Origin: Balanoglossus misakiensis
Lineage: Eukaryota; Animalia; Hemichordata
DNA: 64,000 nt
Direction of reading: 5' to 3'
Assembly (NCBI GenBank): GCA_040954595.2
Contig: CM082588.2
Location: forward strand, 10,028,844 to 10,092,843
Made by a program: the position numbers and the translations under genes. How positions within the stretch are numbered: the stretch's first letter is position 1; each line of letters opens with the position of its first letter. The notes below the pieces were generated by a model, which did no database searches, had not been told where the DNA came from, and saw only the letters and a list, made by a program, of their open reading frames with translations. Of this stretch, positions 54,701-64,000 are shown piece after piece.

Positions 54701-57700
54701 GGAAAACTTTCTTATGCACATATGCCTATCTATGTGTTCTGCGCCTCACAACAGAATTCGGTAAATAAACGAGGCTGTTTGGAAGCAACCATGGAAATTT
54801 TACAACTATCCGTCGATCTACAGAGTCTAGTGGAAAACGTTATTATGCGCATAGGCCTATATATGTGTTCTGCGCATCACAACAGAATTTTGTAAACAAA
54901 CGAGGCTGTGTTTGGAAGCAACCATGGACATTTTAGAACTATCTCTCGATCTACAGAGTCTATAGTGGAAAACTTTCTTATGCACATAGGCCTATCTATG
55001 TGTTCTGTGCCTTACAACAGAATTCGGTAAATAAACGAGGCTGTTTGGAAGCAACCATGGAAATTTTACAACTATCCGTCGATCTACAGAGTCTAGTGGA
55101 AAACGTTATTATGCGCATAGGCCTATATATGTGTTCTGCGCATCACAACAGAATTTTGTAAACAAACGAGGCTGTGTTTGGAAGCAACCATGGACATTTT
55201 AGAACTATCTCTCGATCTACAGAGTCTATAGTGGAAAACTTTCTTATGCACATATGCCTATCTATGTGTTCTGCGCCTCAAAACAGAATTCCGTAAATAA
55301 ACGAGGCTGTTTGGAAGCAAACATGGAAATTTTAGAACTATCTCTCGATCTACAGAGTATAGTGGAAAACGTTCATATGCGCATAGGCCTATCTATGTGT
55401 TCTGCGCATCACAACAGAATTTTGTAAACAAACCAGGCTTTGTTTGGAAGCAACCATGGACATTTTAGAACTATTCGTCGATCTACGGAGTCTAGTGGAA
55501 AACTTTCTTATGCGCATAGGCATATGTATGTGTTCTACGCATCACAACAGAATTCGGTAAATAAACGAGGCTGTTTGGAAACAACCATGGAAATTTTAGA
55601 ACTATCCGTTGATCTAAAGTTGAAAAGTTTTTTATGCGCATAGGCCTATCTATGTGTTCTGCGCCTCACAACAGAAATCGGTAAATAAACGAGGCTGTTT
55701 GGAAGCAACCATGGAAATTTTACAACTATCTCTCGATCTACAGAGTCTATAGTGGAACACTTTCTTATTCACATATGCCTATCTATGTGTTCTGCGCCTC
55801 AAAACAGAATTCCGCAAATAAACGAGGCTGTTTGGAAGCAAACATGGAAGTTTTAGAACTATCTCTCGATCTACAGTGTATGGTGGAAAACGTTCATATG
55901 CGCATAGGCCTATCTATGTGTTCTGCGCATCACAACAGAATTTTGTAAACAAACGAGGCTGTGTTTGGTAGCAACCATGGACATTTTAGAACTATCTCTC
56001 GATCTACAGAGTCTATAGTGGAAAACTTTCTTATGCACATATGCCTATCTATGTGTTCTGCGCCTCACAACAGAATTCGGTAAATAAACGAGGCTGTTTG
56101 GAAGCAACCATGGAAATTTTACAACTATCCGTCGATCTACGGAGTCTGGTGGAAAACTTTCTTATGCGCATAGCCCTATATATGTGTTCTGCGCATCACA
56201 ACAGAATTCGTAAACAAACGAGGTTGTTTGGAAGCAACCATGGAAATTTTACAACTATCCGTCGATCTACAGAGTCTAGTGGAAAAATGTCTTATGCGCA
56301 TTGGCCTATCATGTGTTCTGCGCCTCACAACAGAAATCAGTAAATAAACGAGGCTGTTTGGAAGCAACCATGGAAATTTTACAACTATCATTCCATCTAC
56401 AGAGTCTGGTGGAAAACTTTCTTATGCGCATAGGCCTATAACGTGTTCTGCGCCTAACAACAGAATTCGGTAAATAAACGAGGCTGTTTGGAAGCAACCA
56501 TGGAAATTTTACAACTATCCGTCGATCTACAGAGTCTAGTGGAAAACGTTATTATGCGCATAGGCCTATATATGTGTTCTGCGCATCACAACAGAATTTT
56601 GTAAACAAACGAGGCTGTGTTTGGAAGCAACCATGGACATTTTAGAACTATCTCTCGATCTACAGAGTCTATAGTGGAAAACTTTCTTATGCACATAGGC
56701 CTATCTATGTGTTCTGTGCCTTACAACAGAATTCGGTAAATAAACGAGGCTGTTTGGAAGCAACCATGGAAATTTTACAACTATCCGTCGATCTACAGAG
56801 TCTAGTGGAAAACGTTATTATGCGCATAGGCCTATATATGTGTTCTGCGCATCACAACAGAATTTTGTAAACAAACGAGGCTGTGTTTGGAAGCAACCAT
56901 GGACATTTTAGAACTATCTCTCGATCTACAGAGTCTATAGTGGAAAACTTTCTTATGCACATATGCCTATCTATGTGTTCTGCGCCTCAAAACAGAATTC
57001 CGTAAATAAACGAGGCTGTTTGGAAGCAAACATGGAAATTTTAGAACTATCTCTCGATCTACAGAGTATAGTGGAAAACGTTCATATGCGCATAGGCCTA
57101 TCTATGTGTTCTGCGCATCACAACAGAATTTTGTAAACAAACCAGGCTTTGTTTGGAAGCAACCATGGACATTTTAGAACTATTCGTCGATCTACGGAGT
57201 CTAGTGGAAAACTTTCTTATGCGCATAGGCATATGTATGTGTTCTACGCATCACAACAGAATTCGGTAAATAAACGAGGCTGTTTGGAAACAACCATGGA
57301 AATTTTAGAACTATCCGTTGATCTAAAGTTGAAAAGTTTTTTATGCGCATAGGCCTATCTATGTGTTCTGCGCCTCACAACAGAAATCGGTAAATAAACG
57401 AGGCTGTTTGGAAGCAACCATGGAAATTTTACAACTATCTCTCGATCTACAGAGTCTATAGTGGAACACTTTCTTATTCACATATGCCTATCTATGTGTT
57501 CTGCGCCTCAAAACAGAATTCCGCAAATAAACGAGGCTGTTTGGAAGCAAACATGGAAGTTTTAGAACTATCTCTCGATCTACAGTGTATGGTGGAAAAC
57601 GTTCATATGCGCATAGGCCTATCTATGTGTTCTGCGCATCACAACAGAATTTTGTAAACAAACGAGGCTGTGTTTGGTAGCAACCATGGACATTTTAGAA

Positions 57701-60700
57701 CTATCTCTCGATCTACAGAGTCTATAGTGGAAAACTTTCTTATGCACATATGCCTATCTATGTGTTCTGCGCCTCACAACAGAATTCGGTAAATAAACGA
57801 GGCTGTTTGGAAGCAACCATGGAAATTTTACAACTATCCGTCGATCTACGGAGTCTGGTGGAAAACTTTCTTATGCGCATAGCCCTATATATGTGTTCTG
57901 CGCATCACAACAGAATTCGTAAACAAACGAGGTTGTTTGGAAGCAACCATGGAAATTTTACAACTATCCGTCGATCTACAGAGTCTAGTGGAAAAATGTC
58001 TTATGCGCATTGGCCTATCATGTGTTCTGCGCCTCACAACAGAAATCAGTAAATAAACGAGGCTGTTTGGAAGCAACCATGGAAATTTTACAACTATCAT
58101 TCCATCTACAGAGTCTGGTGGAAAACTTTCTTATGCGCATAGGCCTATAACGTGTTCTGCGCCTAACAACAGAATTCGGTAAATAAACGAGGCTGTTTGG
58201 AAGCAACCATGGAAATTTTACAAAAATCCGTCGATCTATAGAGTCTGGTGGAAAACTTTCTTATGCGCATAGGCCTATAACGTGTTCTGCGCCTAACAAC
58301 AGAATTCGGTAAATAAACGAGGCTGTTTGGAAGCAACCATGGAAATTTTACAACTATCCGTCGATCTACAGAGTCTAGTGGAAAACGTTATAATGCGCAT
58401 AGGCCTATCTATGTGTTATGCGCATCACAACAGAAATCGGTAAATAAACGAGGCTGTATTTGGAAGCAACCATGAACATTTTACAACTATCCGTCGATCT
58501 ACAGAGTCTAGTGGAAAACGTTCTTATGCGCATAGGCCTATATATGTGTTCTGCGCATCACAACAGAATTCGGTAAACAAACGAGGTTGTTTGGAAGCAA
58601 CCATGGAAATTTTACAACTATCCGTCGATCTACAGAGTCTAGTGGAAAAATGTCGTATGCGCATAGGCCTATCATGTGTTCTGCGCCTCAAAACAGAATT
58701 CCGTAAATAAACAAGGCTGTTTGCAAGCAAACATGGAAATTTTACAGCTATCCGTCGATCTACAGAGTCTAGTGGAAAACGTTCTTTTGCGCATAGGCCT
58801 ATATATATGTTATGCGCATCACAACAGAAATCGGTAAATAAACGAGGCTGTATTTGGAAGCAACCATGGACATTTTACAACTATCCGTCGATCTACAGAG
58901 TCCTGTGGAAAACTTTCTAATGCGCATAGGCCTATTACGTGTTCTGCGCCTCACAACAGAATTCCGTAAATAAACGAGGCTGTTTGGAAGCAACCATGGA
59001 AATTTTACAACTATCCGTCGATCTACGGAGTCTGGTGGAAAACTTTCTTATGCGCATAGGCCTATTACGTGTTCTGCGTCTCACAACAGAATTCGGTAAA
59101 TAAACGAGGCTGTTTGGAAGCAACCATGGAAATTTTACAACTATCCGTCGATCTACGGAGTCTGGTGGAAAACTTTCTTATGCGCATAGCCCTATATATG
59201 TGTTCTGCGCATCACAACAGAATTTTGTAAACAAACGAGGCTGTGTTTGGTAGCAACCATGGACATTTTAGAACTATCTCTCGATCTACAGAGTCTATAG
59301 TGGAAAACTTTCTTATGCACATAGGCCTATCTATGTGTTCTGCGCCTCACAACAGAATTCGGTAAATAAACGAGGCTGTTTGGAAGCAACCATGGAAATT
59401 TTACAACTATCCGTCGATCTACGGAGTCTGGTGGAAAACTTTCTTATGCGCATAGGCCTATTACGTGTTCTGCGTCTCACAACAGAATTCGGTAAATAAA
59501 CGAGGCTGTTTGGAAGCAACCATGGAAATTTTAGAACTATCTCTCGATCTACAGAGTCTAGTGGAAAACGTTCTTATGCGCATAGGCCTATATATGTGTT
59601 CTGCGCATCACAACAGAATTCGTAAACAAACGAGGTTGTTTGGAAGCAACCATGGAAATTTTACAACTATCCGTCGATCTACAGAGTCTAGTGGAAAAAT
59701 GTCTTATGCGCATTGGCCTACCATGTGTTCTGCGCCTCACAACAGAAATCAGTAAATAAACGAGGCTGTTTGGAAGCAACCATGGAAATTTTACAACTAT
59801 CCGTCGATCTACAGAGTCTAGTGGAAACGTTCTTATGCGCATAGGCCTATATATGTGTTCTGCGCATCACAACAGAATTTTGTAAACAAACGAGGCTGTG
59901 TTTGGTAGCAACCATGGACATTTTAGAACTATCTCTCGATCTACAGAGTCTATAGTGGAAAACTTTCTTATGCACATATGCCTATCTATGTGTTCTGCGC
60001 CTCACAACAGAATTCGGTAAATAAACGAGGCTGTTTGGAAGCAACCATGGAAATTTTACAACTATCCGTCGATCTACAGAGTCTAGTGGAAAACGTTATT
60101 ATGCGCATAGGCCTATATATGTGTTCTGCGCATCACAACAGAATTTTGTAAACAAACGAGGCTGTGTTTGGAAGCAACCATGGACATTTTAGAACTATCT
60201 CTCGATCTACAGAGTCTATAGTGGAAAACTTTCTTATGCACATAGGCCTATCTATGTGTTCTGTGCCTTACAACAGAATTCGGTAAATAAACGAGGCTGT
60301 TTGGAAGCAACCATGGAAATTTTACAACTATCCGTCGATCTACAGAGTCTAGTGGAAAACGTTATTATGCGCATAGGCCTATATATGTGTTCTGCGCATC
60401 ACAACAGAATTTTGTAAACAAACGAGGCTGTGTTTGGAAGCAACCATGGACATTTTAGAACTATCTCTCGATCTACAGAGTCTATAGTGGAAAACTTTCT
60501 TATGCACATATGCCTATCTATGTGTTCTGCGCCTCAAAACAGAATTCCGTAAATAAACGAGGCTGTTTGGAAGCAAACATGGAAATTTTAGAACTATCTC
60601 TCGATCTACAGAGTATAGTGGAAAACGTTCATATGCGCATAGGCCTATCTATGTGTTCTGCGCATCACAACAGAATTTTGTAAACAAACCAGGCTTTGTT

Positions 60701-63700
60701 TGGAAGCAACCATGGACATTTTAGAACTATTCGTCGATCTACGGAGTCTAGTGGAAAACTTTCTTATGCGCATAGGCATATGTATGTGTTCTACGCATCA
60801 CAACAGAATTCGGTAAATAAACGAGGCTGTTTGGAAACAACCATGGAAATTTTAGAACTATCCGTTGATCTAAAGTTGAAAAGTTTTTTATGCGCATAGG
60901 CCTATCTATGTGTTCTGCGCCTCACAACAGAAATCGGTAAATAAACGAGGCTGTTTGGAAGCAACCATGGAAATTTTACAACTATCTCTCGATCTACAGA
61001 GTCTATAGTGGAACACTTTCTTATTCACATATGCCTATCTATGTGTTCTGCGCCTCAAAACAGAATTCCGCAAATAAACGAGGCTGTTTGGAAGCAAACA
61101 TGGAAGTTTTAGAACTATCTCTCGATCTACAGTGTATGGTGGAAAACGTTCATATGCGCATAGGCCTATCTATGTGTTCTGCGCATCACAACAGAATTTT
61201 GTAAACAAACGAGGCTGTGTTTGGTAGCAACCATGGACATTTTAGAACTATCTCTCGATCTACAGAGTCTATAGTGGAAAACTTTCTTATGCACATATGC
61301 CTATCTATGTGTTCTGCGCCTCACAACAGAATTCGGTAAATAAACGAGGCTGTTTGGAAGCAACCATGGAAATTTTACAACTATCCGTCGATCTACGGAG
61401 TCTGGTGGAAAACTTTCTTATGCGCATAGCCCTATATATGTGTTCTGCGCATCACAACAGAATTCGTAAACAAACGAGGTTGTTTGGAAGCAACCATGGA
61501 AATTTTACAACTATCCGTCGATCTACAGAGTCTAGTGGAAAAATGTCTTATGCGCATTGGCCTATCATGTGTTCTGCGCCTCACAACAGAAATCAGTAAA
61601 TAAACGAGGCCGTTTGGAAGCAACCATGGAAATTTTACAACTATCATTCCATCTACAGAGTCTGGTGGAAAACTTTCTTATGCGCATAGGCCTATAACGT
61701 GTTCTGCGCCTAACAACAGAATTCGGTAAATAAACGAGGCTGTTTGGAAGCAACCATGGAAATTTTACAAAAATCCGTCGATCTATAGAGTCTGGTGGAA
61801 AACTTTCTTATGCGCATAGGCCTATAACGTGTTCTGCGCCTAACAACAGAATTCGGTAAATAAACGAGGCTGTTTGGAAGCAACCATGGAAATTTTACAA
61901 CTATCCGTCGATCTACAGAGTCTAGTGGAAAACGTTATAATGCGCATAGGCCTATCTATGTGTTATGCGCATCACAACAGAAATCGGTAAATAAACGAGG
62001 CTGTATTTGGAAGCAACCATGAACATTTTACAACTATCCGTCGATCTACAGAGTCTAGTGGAAAACGTTCTTATGCGCATAGGCCTATATATGTGTTCTG
62101 CGCATCACAACAGAATTCGGTAAACAAACGAGGTTGTTTGGAAGCAACCATGGAAATTTTACAACTATCCGTCGATCTACAGAGTCTAGTGGAAAAATGT
62201 CGTATGCGCATAGGCCTATCATGTGTTCTGCGCCTCAAAACAGAATTCCGTAAATAAACAAGGCTGTTTGCAAGCAAACATGGAAATTTTACAGCTATCC
62301 GTCGATCTACAGAGTCTAGTGGAAAACGTTCTTTTGCGCATAGGCCTATATATATGTTATGCGCATCACAACAGAAATCGGTAAATAAACGAGGCTGTAT
62401 TTGGAAGCAACCATGGACATTTTACAACTATCCGTCGATCTACAGAGTCCTGTGGAAAACTTTTTAATGCGCATAGGCCTATTACGTGTTCTGCGCCTCA
62501 CAACAGAATTCCGTAAATAAACGAGGCTGTTTGGAAGCAACCATGGAAATTTTACAACTATCCGTCGATCTACGGAGTCTGGTGGAAAACTTTCTTATGC
62601 GCATAGGCCTATTACGTGTTCTGCGTCTCACAACAGAATTCGGTAAATAAACGAGGCTGTTTGGAAGCAACCATGGAAATTTTAGAACTATCTCTCGATC
62701 TACAGAGTCTAGTGGAAAACGTTCTTATGCGCATAGGCCTATATATGTGTTCTGCGCATCACAACAGAATTCGTAAACAAACGAGGTTGTTTGGAAGCAA
62801 CCATGGAAATTTTACAACTATCCGTCGATCTACAGAGTCTAGTGGAAAAATGTCTTATGCGCATTGGCCTATCATGTGTTCTGCGCCTCACAACAGAAAT
62901 CAGTAAATAAACGAGGCTGTTTGGAAGCAACCATGGAAATTTTACAACTATCCGTCGATCTACAGAGTCTAGTGGAAACGTTCTTATGCGCATAGGCCTA
63001 TATATGTGTTCTGCGCATCACAACAGAATTTTGTAAACAAACGAGGCTGTGTTTGGTAGCAACCATGGACATTTTAGAACTATCTCTCGATCTACAGAGT
63101 CTATAGTGGAAAACTTTCTTATGCACATATGCCTATCTATGTGTTCTGCGCCTCACAACAGAATTCGGTAAATAAACGAGGCTGTTTGGAAGCAACCATG
63201 GAAATTTTACAACTATCCGTCGATCTACAGAGTCTAGTGGAAAACGTTATTATGCGCATAGGCCTATATATGTGTTCTGCGCATCACAACAGAATTTTGT
63301 AAACAAACGAGGCTGTGTTTGGAAGCAACCATGGACATTTTAGAACTATCTCTCGATCTACAGAGTCTATAGTGGAAAACTTTCTTATGCACATAGGCCT
63401 ATCTATGTGTTCTGTGCCTTACAACAGAATTCGGTAAATAAACGAGGCTGTTTGGAAGCAACCATGGAAATTTTACAACTATCCGTCGATCTACAGAGTC
63501 TAGTGGAAAACGTTATTATGCGCATAGGCCTATATATGTGTTCTGCGCATCACAACAGAATTTTGTAAACAAACGAGGCTGTGTTTGGAAGCAACCATGG
63601 ACATTTTAGAACTATCTCTCGATCTACAGAGTCTATAGTGGAAAACTTTCTTATGCACATATGCCTATCTATGTGTTCTGCGCCTCAAAACAGAATTCCG

Positions 63701-64000
63701 TAAATAAACGAGGCTGTTTGGAAGCAAACATGGAAATTTTAGAACTATCTCTCGATCTACAGAGTATAGTGGAAAACGTTCATATGCGCATAGGCCTATC
63801 TATGTGTTCTGCGCATCACAACAGAATTTTGTAAACAAACCAGGCTTTGTTTGGAAGCAACCATGGACATTTTAGAACTATTCGTCGATCTACGGAGTCT
63901 AGTGGAAAACTTTCTTATGCGCATAGGCATATGTATGTGTTCTACGCATCACAACAGAATTCGGTAAATAAACGAGGCTGTTTGGAAACAACCATGGAAA

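Larger units (their letters stand above)
12698..64000. repeat. Satellite DNA array, monomer about 131 bp (variants about 126-135 bp), roughly 390 copies, running off the window end
   Basis: Head-to-tail consensus GAGGCTGTTTGGAAGCAACCATGGAAATTTTACAACTATCCGTCGATCTACAGAGTCTAGTGGAAAACGTTCTTATGCGCATAGGCCTATCTATGTGTTCTGCGCCTCACAACAGAATTCGGTAAATAAAC. All copies seen are in one orientation with no inserted foreign sequence. Copy number is estimated as length divided by about 131.5. Confidence 0.99.

Noticed and set aside
12704-62993. The many 60-100 aa ORFs (MLPNSLVY..., MFGSNHG..., MRIRTFP...) as a repeat-protein gene family
   Set aside because: They are chance translations of the satellite. Monomer lengths are mostly not multiples of 3, frames shift and stop every 1-2 units, ORFs occur on both strands, and no domain is recognisable.
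12698-64000. CRISPR array
   Set aside because: There are no unique spacers, since the entire unit of about 131 bp is repeated. There are no cas genes and the context is eukaryotic.
12698-64000. Tandem 5S rRNA, tRNA, snRNA or spliced-leader gene array
   Set aside because: The unit size is similar to small RNA genes, but I recognise no 5S, tRNA, U snRNA or SL sequence, no A/B or A/C boxes and no gene-plus-spacer organisation. An Rfam/Infernal search of the consensus would settle it.

Overview
Eukaryotic genomic DNA, AT-rich with GT-AG introns. It is probably from an invertebrate animal, but the species cannot be determined from the sequence. Bases 1-12,697 are mostly non-repetitive. They carry the 5' part of an ankyrin-repeat gene on the + strand: a 30-nt first coding exon (MASGEYKDPE) and two 99-nt phase-0 exons, each encoding one ankyrin repeat. 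Also present are a compact cluster of promoter motifs (CRE, DR1, ETS, kappaB), a tiny upstream ORF, several MITE-like DNA transposons and an old local duplication. From 12,698 to the window end (over 51 kb, roughly 390 monomers) is an uninterrupted head-to-tail satellite of about 131 bp. It has recurring variant monomer classes, irregular higher-order repeats, multi-kb internal duplications and positional sub-domains. Exon 3 ends in an open splice donor and I see no further exon, so the array appears to lie inside intron 3 of the ankyrin gene, or to truncate it. The many ORFs in the array are translation artefacts. There is no CRISPR array and no prokaryotic gene.
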